The notes beneath the pieces were generated by a model. That model made no database searches. It saw only the letters and a list, made by a program, of their open reading frames with translations, and was not told the DNA's origin. 64,000 nucleotides of DNA from Cenarchaeum sp. (GTDB lineage Archaea > Thermoproteota > Nitrososphaeria > Nitrososphaerales > Nitrosopumilaceae). This document shows positions 11,401 through 18,198 of the stretch, one piece after another. The DNA is taken from assembly GCA_963692915.1 (NCBI GenBank), contig OY843584.1:1440001-1504000 (forward strand), read 5' to 3'. Each line of letters begins with the position of its first letter. Positions within the stretch are counted from its first letter, which is position 1. The position numbers and the translations under genes are program-made.

Positions 11401-12280
11401 GGACGAGGCGGGCAGGCCGACGTCCCCGCCGCGCCTGGCGTCAGGCGGAACCAACACGGGAATGACATCCGGCATGGCATCAGACATGTGGTCAGGCGAG
11501 CGCACCGTGGCGTCTGACGAAACCCAGGGGCCGCTCGCCTTCACCATAACTGCGCTAGACGCGGCGGCCAATCTCGGGGTCTTTACGCACGCCGGCGCGA
11601 GCACAAACGCCATGGTGGACACCGTGGCGCCCGGCGTGAGCGGCGCAACGACTACTGGCCCGGCGACGACGCGCGTGACGCTCTCCGAGGGCGCCTGGGG
11701 AGTCGTGAGGGCGGCTGACTGGGTCGTCGGGGAGGCCGCGGGCACCGGCGTCGCCGTTGGGGAGGGAAGCGTGTTCACGCCGACGATCACCATGTCAGGC
11801 GGCACGGCGTTCACGCTACAGCACGCGATCCTGGCTGACACGGCCGCCGTGCCCACCGTGGCGTACAGGCCGCCGGGATCACCCGTTGCCGGGCCTGTGG
11901 GCGGCCCTGACGCGGCTCCGGGGCCGGGTCCTGCGCCAGACACGACTCCGCCGCCGCCAGCCCCGCCTGCGGAGCCTGACCCGCCAGCAGCCGGCATAGA
12001 GTTTGACATCGGGGGCCTTGACGGCGCGACGGTAAGGGCAGGCGAGGTGCGCTCGTTTGACGTCAGTGTCACGCGCGTGGATGGAGGAGGATTTGCGATA
12101 ATACTCCTCTCCGGCCAGCCGGACTTTGTGACCGTGCAGAACACGGACATCAACGAGGCCAAGATAACAGTAGACGCGTCACACGAGTCCGCAACGGCCG
12201 GCGCCCACACGTTCACCGTGATGGCCGCCACGGGATCCAGTCCGGCCTCCAAGAGCGCCACGATAACTGTGACCTCCTAG
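5495..12280 (+). CDS. Giant secreted zinc metalloprotease / adhesin with multiple Ig-like (Big_5-like) repeats
   Basis: Signal peptide MKNVLLVIAAASLAL. VLHEYGHHIM...AWSEGWASF is a gluzincin-type HExxH plus downstream Glu. Repeats SPDGRTLTLTFSEGLD, Pro-rich linker, terminal Ig-like domain. Confidence 0.8.
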   Translation: MKNVLLVIAAASLALVPLLSPLIHATPPAVPCDYECMWPIGLYDIPDSAKVGTPITVSYTYAWEGILNGIAVNTDTWDLPPGYHPWPEEWGEPTRPLQYIGSTATMVLPDGIDVVDWETRGFERSKLWTDQYGRTTYMYTRINAYAPGTTNSSIELVVRTDAKIYPNDDVIIDLGVRREKWADPTVFVNHSGGALTFSADEAAIAAGASESFQQRDIHRLPDSSFDPLEDEELSGEAKRAIVEFLLDQADAGAVVGESGVPDFARAQVAEHAKGSGVGGQADGEQFTYAYGYFRAQDRGQGAGVEAAKLSAATDVKVCIYDQAADRSISLLLHNGEPACSRVDSDGFYGIAVPRSDPDDDDTGIDIVPVFSLDHGKVRALTPRGTTMSVSGLVTENVNGAVVSLGEHSVRTPLGDTRQFAVMRWMYDDVLEAYGYFKDTFGYDAPPVTLQRGSSAFYVLSNSQITLQTGLPRPHAVATQTIVLHEYGHHIMNHVYDNGIPSTPLCSPHTPRLASSPSCAWSEGWASFVAALVEDSPRYNISFGADDNHFNWETQERHSRTNIEPPTGSLFIGNYYRGQDGEGSVTAILWDIYDDGNERGDNIAGGAQDIWTAFADDRDAGEAFEAVNIHDFYDDWIENGGQNLDSVFTINGVDPTGTYSPPSLTLSVERSGSMRTGDNSRYAKVGDTVIATLDLGGSVTMGTTPTASVLGGARENMVPGTGAARSTWTTRGTVGDDAHNGSSPVTILATAPGIALASTNAVSHDDESDTVSLALARVPTSGTYEITARGTIADSEGTSIGSDTLRRFEWNAANPRIERTAISPDGQEITFSFSEGLDAETVFPRSFRAFDRFDAVDIVHPDGSDTVKIQLSEPLIDGLYIIDPLTSIADTQGHRIDGGSAERILWDPQAPTFEHVTISPDGRTVTITMSKQITLTINNIIRDSDLPSHRKSPPFSTGTTHTISLASPPAPGTYEITVHGAPSPSRAPTLSQTRSFTYNPSGPTFDYVTASPDGRTLTLTFSEGLDGDTVTRDRFMLGSGMSLASASPIVHVDGSSTVTLKLAAAPASDGTYFITAKSTIRGSDGGSLGSDQTRKLVWNPKAPTFDRVEVSSDGRKVKAIFSEGIDTTFVNTRYIERSPSLALTRTNPIEHTQGSNTVTFNLAQTLTGGPHFIRATQQIADLTGLHMTTTQERQFTFDAAAPVFESVRASADGQTLTLTFSEGLDTRTVTTCDTERQGTTCPQTRLTSERTYVPSITTGNFVLPADLAFARSQIGLQSVLHADGSSTVTIRLSAAPSTGGTYEITAKSGIKDTTNVPLSSDTTRSFTWNPGVPALESASMSSNGKTLKLTFSEGLDTDTVTASNFLLPSENTPLLITEQVANSEIVVDTVAPRLLDALFTSTESVRLEFSEPLDALTVKPTAFGVTREGATITTTPSYTAGTRVVTLDLSPAVTPGIAHTMHVKAGLTDRAGNPVATTTETLTSPSTANEAPMFEVIQTSHYIVITFSEDVRVIEDQELDWRDWAEIFEGEPISRPRGHFVDLANRRIVLDDRFFPNTSFAFSPYVGDSPKIEDLSGYDMPVGTKINNPSLEIFPSIFAEAYDEGIVRIEFDESITRTIGYSPRDISAVSGRTETSEWEINGVQATAIMDSIDGDMKQTLNVMEMTRFFLKHGVTGLGGTLQVEYLGPGEGSTNSLTNSDMNALAPVKVTSIDRIPNAFTAGEFLDSKRIRLTAAKAIDARLADHLQVPNMPSTLIPTDSPLTAILRLEDDARDGCIFTVNLAFPLNDEDEDYYPDFRINGGTNKVTYTDTHAPMMVSATSTSGTTTEVRFNEPVSFGASPTLAQHRGHWEITDAGTDKEISAVAVRAGSPSVVEITHAPLARTDSTPTVAYSGGADDDARIRDTRASPCTTTDSTPKNKLGTDGEVVASDGAAPGAAVSAAVSRNGEPKSGTNAQWARAGDTITVSLDMDEAGRPTSPPRLASGGTNTGMTSGMASDMWSGERTVASDETQGPLAFTITALDAAANLGVFTHAGASTNAMVDTVAPGVSGATTTGPATTRVTLSEGAWGVVRAADWVVGEAAGTGVAVGEGSVFTPTITMSGGTAFTLQHAILADTAAVPTVAYRPPGSPVAGPVGGPDAAPGPGPAPDTTPPPPAPPAEPDPPAAGIEFDIGGLDGATVRAGEVRSFDVSVTRVDGGGFAIILLSGQPDFVTVQNTDINEAKITVDASHESATAGAHTFTVMAATGSSPASKSATITVTS
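7748..9595 (+). repeat. Six tandem ~100-aa Ig-like repeats in circularly permuted phase
   Basis: Recurring H.DGS.TV...L...GTYEITA...W(N/D)P..P.FE....S.DG.TL.LTFSEGLD units in the translation. Confidence 0.75.
12102..12146 (+). repeat. 45-bp perfect inverted repeat, copy 1 (partner 15515..15559)
   Basis: TACTCCTCTCCGGCCAGCCGGACTTTGTGACCGTGCAGAACACGG equals the reverse complement of 15515..15559. Confidence 0.9.
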
Positions 12281-12390
12281 CACACGCACCACCGCGGAGA
12301 GCGGGTCGGCAGGATGCCCCCATTTGACCAAGTGGGCAGGAGCGCCAACTCGTGCCCAAAACTCGGATTACAGTTATTAAACACTAGGTC

Positions 12391-13212
12391 GTGCAAGGTG
12401 TGTTGTCGCCGGGCATGATCACGCTGATAGTCCTTGCCGCCGCACTGGCGTCTGTGGGCGTCATGGCAACCCCCACGGTGTCCGCAGCCGACCTGCTCTC
12501 GCCGACCATCATGACATCATGGTGCTTTATCGAGGCGACTGGCGCTAGCACCCCAACGTCATCATGCACACCCTCGACTGCCACTGACGCAGGCGCGAGC
12601 ATAACCCCGACTGAGACGATCCCGGCAACCCTTGAGCTGGGCCTGCACAAGGTCTTGGTAAACGCGACGGACAGCAGCGGCAACTGGGCCGCCACGACGC
12701 GCGCAATACTCGTTGCGGACACAACGCCGCCGACGTGCACCTCGGTGAGATACCCTGTATATGTCGAGGCGCGCGCTCCGCTGACTGCGATACTTCCGCA
12801 AGATGCAAAAATCGCCCCAGCTGACACGGCTAGCACCCTCGACGAGCTGCATCTGAGCACCAACGCCAGGCCGCTGCAAGTTGACCAGGGGCGCACCGTG
12901 CTCTGGACCGTGGAGGACAGGGCAGGCAACACGGCCAAATGCACGCAGCGCATAATCGTGCTTGACACGACACCGCCGTCATTCCCCGACACAATCCCGC
13001 CCATCATACACCCCTCGGCGGTGCCCGTGAGCGTGTCATCAGTCCCCCTCGTGCCGCCTGCGGCGACTGACATTGCGGATCCGATCCTGGCCATATACCA
13101 CGAGGAGACCGGAATGTTTGAGCTCGGCGTGAACACGGTCACGTGGTTGGCCATCGACGCGTCGGTAAACGTCGCCACGGCAACGCAAAAGGTCATAGTG
13201 CAGGCCCCCTAG
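12391..13212 (+). CDS. Short secreted HYR-domain protein, paralogue of 333..2855
   Basis: N-terminal domain WCFIEATGASTPTSSCTPSTATDAG...LHKVLVNATDSSGNW closely matches that of 333..2855. Lacks the propeller and C-terminal domain. Confidence 0.75.
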   Translation: MQGVLSPGMITLIVLAAALASVGVMATPTVSAADLLSPTIMTSWCFIEATGASTPTSSCTPSTATDAGASITPTETIPATLELGLHKVLVNATDSSGNWAATTRAILVADTTPPTCTSVRYPVYVEARAPLTAILPQDAKIAPADTASTLDELHLSTNARPLQVDQGRTVLWTVEDRAGNTAKCTQRIIVLDTTPPSFPDTIPPIIHPSAVPVSVSSVPLVPPAATDIADPILAIYHEETGMFELGVNTVTWLAIDASVNVATATQKVIVQAP

Positions 13213-13372
13213 CTCGGGTATCCGGCCATGTCGTAGGCAGGCGATGCGGCGATCCCGTGACTGGCCGCCACCACTCCTGCAGGGCGCCCGTGCAGACATG
13301 ACCGGCCACCGTGCCCTGGGCTTCCCCACGGGGCCGCAATGCTAAAAACCACCACGATCGTGCGTGCCGCGC

Positions 13373-13879
13373 ATGAGCAGGCCGGGAAACGCATGGAGGA
13401 AGGTTCGCGGGCGAGTCACGGGGCGGCCGGCGAACTTTTCGTGGGTCGTGCCTGACGCGTTTGCCGGCTCGGCGGCCCCAATGTCGCGCACAGAGCTAGA
13501 CTGGATTCTCGCGCAGGGCGTAGAGTCCATAATCACAATGACCGAAGACGCCCTTCCCCCCGAGTGGACCAAGGATCTCGGCGCGTACCTTCACGTGCCC
13601 ACGCCAGACCTTCAGGCGCCAGAGATGGAGGGCATAGAGCGCGCAGTCGACTTTGCGCACAATGCAATATCCTCCAAGGGCCGCGTCATGGTCCACTGTG
13701 CGGCCGGCATGGGCAGGGCCGGCACGATACTCGCATGCTATCTAGTAAGGCATCACGGACTCGGCGCAGACGAGGCGATCGCCAGGATTCGCGCCGAGAG
13801 GCCGGGCTCGATACAGTCAAGCCCGCAAGAGAACGTCATACGCATGTACGAGAGGCGCGTGCGCGCTACTCGGGCCTAG
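13373..13879 (+). CDS. Dual-specificity / tyrosine protein phosphatase
   Basis: VHCAAGMGRAG (HCx5R) P-loop, RPGSIQ motif. Confidence 0.9.
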   Translation: MSRPGNAWRKVRGRVTGRPANFSWVVPDAFAGSAAPMSRTELDWILAQGVESIITMTEDALPPEWTKDLGAYLHVPTPDLQAPEMEGIERAVDFAHNAISSKGRVMVHCAAGMGRAGTILACYLVRHHGLGADEAIARIRAERPGSIQSSPQENVIRMYERRVRATRA

Positions 13880-14021
13880 ACTCCGAGACGAGCCGGCCGT
13901 CCAGACCAACACGCACGGACATGCTGGATCCGTCGCCAAACGTTAGCGTGATGCCGCCACTAGAGTCAGGATCCTCGACCTTTACGAGATCCTTCATGCG
14001 TATGCCGTCAAACTTTGCCAT
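13866..14021 (-). CDS. 51-aa small protein, paralogue B
   Basis: Manual translation MAKFDGIRMKDLVKVEDPDSSGGITLTFGDGSSMSVRVGLDGRLVSESRPE; similar to the adjacent 50-aa ORF. Confidence 0.7.
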   Translation of the reverse strand: MAKFDGIRMKDLVKVEDPDSSGGITLTFGDGSSMSVRVGLDGRLVSESRPE

Positions 14022-14028
14022 ACGCCAA

Positions 14029-14181
14029 TCACTCTGGTATCGAGACGGTGTCGAGCTTGTCGCCGTCGGCCTTGATAAAGAGAAACCTATTGTCCTTGAA
14101 TATTATGGTGATTCCGCCCTCCTTGTCAGGCTCCTCGACCTCAAGAACCGGCTGGCCGAGCAGGCCGTCATACTTTGCCAT
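14029..14181 (-). CDS. 50-aa small protein, paralogue A
   Basis: Manual translation MAKYDGLLGQPVLEVEEPDKEGGITIIFKDNRFLFIKADGDKLDTVSIPE; genome-like codon usage; 7 nt from paralogue B. Confidence 0.75.
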   Translation of the reverse strand: MAKYDGLLGQPVLEVEEPDKEGGITIIFKDNRFLFIKADGDKLDTVSIPE

Positions 14182-14217
14182 CGTCGCGCGAGAGTCTCCG
14201 GCACTCCCCTTATATCC

Positions 14218-14736
14218 CTATATGGTGAGCGTCCCGCTCACGCTGGCCTTGTGGCTCTCGGCCTCCGTATACTCGTGCTTTTGCCAGGAGACCCAGATGT
14301 CAGCAGTCACCTTGTGCGTGCCGGCCCCGAGCGTGGCCGGATCAAAGGCTATGCGCTCCTCAAAGTCGAGGAGCTCTGACCTGACGCCCTCGACGCTGAG
14401 CGCGATGAACGGCTCAAAGTTCTTTGCGACCTGGACCCATATGCGGCGGTCCTTCATGGGGTTTACGAGCTTTGGGTTGCGCGTCCAGAATATGGCCGCC
14501 TTGCGGTACGACTCGACCTCGCGGCCGATCGTGCGCTTTCGCGCCCCGCCCGTGTGGAGCCTCACGCCATAGCGTATCTTGAAGACGTTGTCATGGGCCT
14601 CGTACGCGCGCTCCCAGCCCTCCTCGCCAAAGGCCTCGCGCAGCGTGCCGGCGACTGCAAAGGAGACAGTCGCGGCGGCCTCGCCGTCTGCTGCCCCCTC
14701 GATCTTCGCGCCGTCTATGCGGCTAGGTCCTCCCAT
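14218..14736 (-). CDS. Hypothetical protein
   Basis: 172-aa ORF with natural composition, codirectional with the two small ORFs. Confidence 0.75.
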   Translation of the reverse strand: MGGPSRIDGAKIEGAADGEAAATVSFAVAGTLREAFGEEGWERAYEAHDNVFKIRYGVRLHTGGARKRTIGREVESYRKAAIFWTRNPKLVNPMKDRRIWVQVAKNFEPFIALSVEGVRSELLDFEERIAFDPATLGAGTHKVTADIWVSWQKHEYTEAESHKASVSGTLTI

Positions 14737-14781
14737 GCGTCTCCATGGTATTTATAGCCGCAATATGTGCCTTTTGCGGTA

Positions 14782-15057
14782 ATGGGGGTTCAGGTGCTCA
14801 GCTCGACTTCGCGCGAGATCAACGTCTCGCTCACGAGCTCCGACATTGGCACGCTATACGTCATACAGCGCGAGCTCCTAAAGAGCCCGTCAGTCGACTT
14901 TGCCGGCGTCATCGTAAAGCACCCGCTCACCAACGAGTGCTGGATGCGCGTGAGCTCTTCAAAGGGCAGTCCCGTCTCCGAGATGGAGCGCGCCACTACA
15001 GCAGCCCTAAAGACTGCCGCCGAGATCAGGGCGGCCCTTGCGCCAAGGGCGGGATAG
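14782..15057 (+). CDS. rpoL: RNA polymerase subunit Rpo11 (L)
   Basis: GTLYVIQRELL...VDFAGVIVKHPL motif; adjacent to TFS. Confidence 0.85.
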   Translation: MGVQVLSSTSREINVSLTSSDIGTLYVIQRELLKSPSVDFAGVIVKHPLTNECWMRVSSSKGSPVSEMERATTAALKTAAEIRAALAPRAG

Positions 15058-15062
15058 GCGCA

Positions 15063-15377
15063 ATGAAGTTCTGCCCAAAGTGCGATGTTCGGCTCAAAAA
15101 GGGTGCAGACGGCCTAGAGTGCCCAAAGTGCGGCCACGTGGATCATGATGCGCCCCCTGCGCCCGAGCCTGCCCAGTCGCTCTCTTCGCAGTCAACATTC
15201 AAGGTTCTCGACGAGCCTGACGCGCCGGGCACCGAGTCAACGATCGAAAAAGAGTGCGACAAGTGCGGCAACGGCGAGGCAGTCTGGTGGATGCTCCAGA
15301 CGCGCAGCGCAGACGAGCCGACGACGCAGTTTTACCGCTGCACAAAGTGCGGCTATACGTGGCGCGACTATTCATAG
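15063..15377 (+). CDS. tfs: Transcription factor S (RpoM/TFS)
   Basis: MKFCPKC...CPKC and C-terminal CDKC...QTRSADEPTTQFYRCTKC zinc ribbons. Confidence 0.95.
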   Translation: MKFCPKCDVRLKKGADGLECPKCGHVDHDAPPAPEPAQSLSSQSTFKVLDEPDAPGTESTIEKECDKCGNGEAVWWMLQTRSADEPTTQFYRCTKCGYTWRDYS

Positions 15378-15380
15378 TGG

Positions 15381-15575
15381 CTAGGGCGCTATAGTGACGG
15401 TGACTGACCTTGTTGCGGGATCGGATCCCGCGGCTGCCATCACAACGAACGTGTGATCACCTGTTGTTGCCGACGCGTGCGTCGCGTCGACAGTTATTGT
15501 TGCCCTGTTAATACCCGTGTTCTGCACGGTCACAAAGTCCGGCTGGCCGGAGAGGAGTAATCGCAAACAGCCTCC
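15381..15575 (-). pseudogene. Isolated, frameshifted copy of the C-terminal domain of the giant metalloprotease
   Basis: LLSGQPDFVTVQNTGINRATITVDATHASATTGDHTFVVMAAAGSDPATRSVTVTIAP* aligns with the last ~58 aa of 5495..12280. 2-bp deletion just upstream (TTTGCGAT--TACTCC vs TTTGCGATAATACTCC). Confidence 0.8.
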
Positions 15576-15948
15576 GCAACGGCCATGTCAGAAAGGGCTG
15601 CGTGCCTGAGCATAAGACCCAACTTGCCTGACATCACCATCGAGGGGGCAGACCCGGAATCCCCCGTCATGGCAACGCCCGTGGCCTCTACCTCACCAAC
15701 GACCAGTCAGTCACCCCCATGACTCCCGGGGCGTACTCGGAGAGCACCACACGCGTTGTCGCCGAACTGCCAGCTTGCGCCTTGATCGTCGGCGGCATCA
15801 TGCCTATTCTGGCGATCGACGACTCATCGCCGTCATACCTGTCAGCTTGGACGTTTGCAACAATTGGGTCGCATAGCCGCGTTCCCGGAAATGCCCCAAA
15901 AGGCGCGGTAACCTTTAAAACGCCACGTCAGGCGCGTGCGGCCTGAAA

Positions 15949-16692
15949 TTGGCGCTAAAGGCTACTACTGTGGGCGCAGAGGACATAAAGGCGATAATCT
16001 CGGCCGTCTCGACGCTCGTCGAGGAGGCCACGTTCGTGGCAAACTCTGAAGGCATCACGTTTCGCGGGATGGATCCCTCGCACGTCGCGCTAATCGACAT
16101 CACGTGGCCAAACTCGGCGTTTGAAAAGTACAGCTGTGACAGCGAGGTGAGGTTTGGCGTAAAGATCGACGAGCTTTCAAAGCTCGTAAAGCGAGCCGCA
16201 AAAAAGGACACGATCGAGATAACGACGGTCGACTCGATGCTCGGCGTAAAGATCGGGACGGCCAAAAAGTACAAGATACGCCTCATCGAGACCTCTGAGA
16301 ACGAGACGCCGCTGCCCAACATATCGTATGACGCAAAGCTGGCCATGGAGGTCTCCACCTTTGAAAAGACGCTCGGCGACATTGACGTGCTAGCAGACTA
16401 TGTCACCATAACGACGGACGGCAAAAAGTCCGAGTTTGCCGGCAAGGGCGAGGCCGGCGAGGTGACCGTAGAGGTCGCCGACGGTGACGAGGGCGTTCAC
16501 GAGCTGGGAACAAAGGAAAAGTCATCGGCCACGTACAGCCTCGAGTACCTCCTTCCCATAGTAAAGGCAGTCGGCTCGGCCGCACAGGACGTAAAGTGCG
16601 AATACTCGACGGCAAAGCCGCTGCGCATGGAGTTTCGAGTCTCCAATATAGGCCGCATCCACTTTTACCTTGCCCCGCGCGTTGACAGTTAA
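15949..16692 (+). CDS. pcn: DNA polymerase sliding clamp PCNA
   Basis: GMDPSHVALID...HFYLAPRV motifs. Confidence 0.97.
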   Translation: MALKATTVGAEDIKAIISAVSTLVEEATFVANSEGITFRGMDPSHVALIDITWPNSAFEKYSCDSEVRFGVKIDELSKLVKRAAKKDTIEITTVDSMLGVKIGTAKKYKIRLIETSENETPLPNISYDAKLAMEVSTFEKTLGDIDVLADYVTITTDGKKSEFAGKGEAGEVTVEVADGDEGVHELGTKEKSSATYSLEYLLPIVKAVGSAAQDVKCEYSTAKPLRMEFRVSNIGRIHFYLAPRVDS

Positions 16693-16728
16693 CGCATTTA
16701 AGGACGCGCGATCCCGAGGCGACCCAAC

Positions 16729-18198
16729 ATGAGGCTAGTCATAAAGCACGACGGCGCATCGATCTCCGACGGGCCGTGCATCACGCGGGCAGCAGGAGCC
16801 GTTGCCGCAGCCGCCCGCGCCTCGCGCGCAGCGCCGCAGGGCACGATTGCAGTCTGCTCGGCAGTCGGCACGACGACTGACTCGCTAGTCGAGCTGGTTA
16901 GGCGCGCCGCGCGCGGCGATGCGGCCGGAGCCAACTCTATCGTCGGCGAGATAGCCGAGACGCACAAAAAGATCGCGCGCAGGACGCTGCCCGACGAGTC
17001 GGCCAGGGCACGCCTCATGACTGAGCTCGACTCGGACATTGGCGAGCTCGCCGGCCTTGCCGACGGCGTCACGCGCCTCGGCGACGTGACACGGCGATCA
17101 ACGGACTACCTCCTCTCCTTTGGCGAGCGCCTCGCAGTCAAGGTCTTTGCGCACGCGCTCGCCTCGACTGGAACCAGGGCAGTCGCGATGACCGGAGGCG
17201 AGGCCGGAATACTGACTGACTCAAACTTTGGCGAGGCGCGCCCGCTCATGGACACGACGCGCCTCCGCGTCGCAAGGGCGCTGGGATCGCACCTCGGCGA
17301 GGGCACGGTTCCGGTCATAGGCGGGTTTGCCGGAGTCGACCAGCACGGCCACACTACGACGCTCGGGAGGGGAGGATCAGACTATACGGCGACGATCATC
17401 GCCGCGTGCGCAGATGCTGATGAGGTCTGGATGATCAACGAGTCCGGGGGACTGATGAGCGCGGATCCCGAGATTGTGCGCGATGCCGCACCAGTCGCCT
17501 CTGTCTCATACGTCGAGGCCATGGAGATGTCAACGTTTGGGGCCAGGCAGATGCACCCAAAGACATTCGAGCCGCTCATCGGGACGCGCATACGCATGGT
17601 CATAGCGCGGGCCGCACCGGCCGGACAGCCGGCGCGGGCCGGCAGGCGGGGCATCGCGCGGCACGTGGACATGCCCTCGGCGACGGGGGTGAGCGCGAGC
17701 TCGGCGCGCACGATAAAGTGCGCAAGCTCGCTGCGCCACAACGCGCTAATCGACATACGCGGGGGCAGCATGGTCGGCGAGCCGGGAACAGCAGCACGCA
17801 TATTCGGCGCGCTCGCCGACGAGGGCGTCAACATAATGATGATCTCGCAAAACCCGTCCGAGTCAAGCATCACAGTCGTCGTAAAGAGGGCCGACCTGGA
17901 CCGCGCGGTCCACACGCTTGAGATAAACCTCCTTGGGGCCACGATAAAGAGCCTCGACGTGGTCCCAAACGTCGCCATAGTCGCCCTCGTGGGCTCGGGC
18001 ATGAAGGGCACGATCGGCGTGGCCGCCAGGGCGCTAGGCGCAGTCTCAAAAAGGCGCGTCAACATACTGATGATCACGCAGGGCTCCTCGGAGCTAAACC
18101 TCGCGTTTGCCGTAAAGGAGGCCGACTCGCGCGCCGCGGTCCGCGCCCTCCATGCCGAGTTTGGCCTCGGGCGCCGCCAGGGGGGTGCTCGAAGATGA
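16729..18198 (+). CDS. lysC: Aspartate kinase with two ACT domains (nucleotide-binding motifs atypical)
   Basis: SFGERL, TTLGRGGSDYTA, SADP, ACT domains (NIMMISQ..SE). Confidence 0.85.
   Translation: MRLVIKHDGASISDGPCITRAAGAVAAAARASRAAPQGTIAVCSAVGTTTDSLVELVRRAARGDAAGANSIVGEIAETHKKIARRTLPDESARARLMTELDSDIGELAGLADGVTRLGDVTRRSTDYLLSFGERLAVKVFAHALASTGTRAVAMTGGEAGILTDSNFGEARPLMDTTRLRVARALGSHLGEGTVPVIGGFAGVDQHGHTTTLGRGGSDYTATIIAACADADEVWMINESGGLMSADPEIVRDAAPVASVSYVEAMEMSTFGARQMHPKTFEPLIGTRIRMVIARAAPAGQPARAGRRGIARHVDMPSATGVSASSARTIKCASSLRHNALIDIRGGSMVGEPGTAARIFGALADEGVNIMMISQNPSESSITVVVKRADLDRAVHTLEINLLGATIKSLDVVPNVAIVALVGSGMKGTIGVAARALGAVSKRRVNILMITQGSSELNLAFAVKEADSRAAVRALHAEFGLGRRQGGARR

Noticed and set aside
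1921-12261. Long antisense ORFs (1921..2940 +, 4133..5305 +, 9244..9969 -, 10912..12261 -) and similar ones throughout the window
   Set aside because: Shadow frames of real genes, expected at high GC; no protein motifs.
14745-15062. N-terminal extension of TFS in the ORF track; similar over-long starts at 22264, 30444, 38354, 37891, 38579, 50443, 55030, 60529
   Set aside because: The extensions overlap neighbouring genes or promoters; family motifs and TATA spacing support the downstream starts.
333-15900. Diversity-generating retroelement as the source of variation
   Set aside because: No reverse transcriptase in the window, and differences between repeat copies are not adenine-specific.
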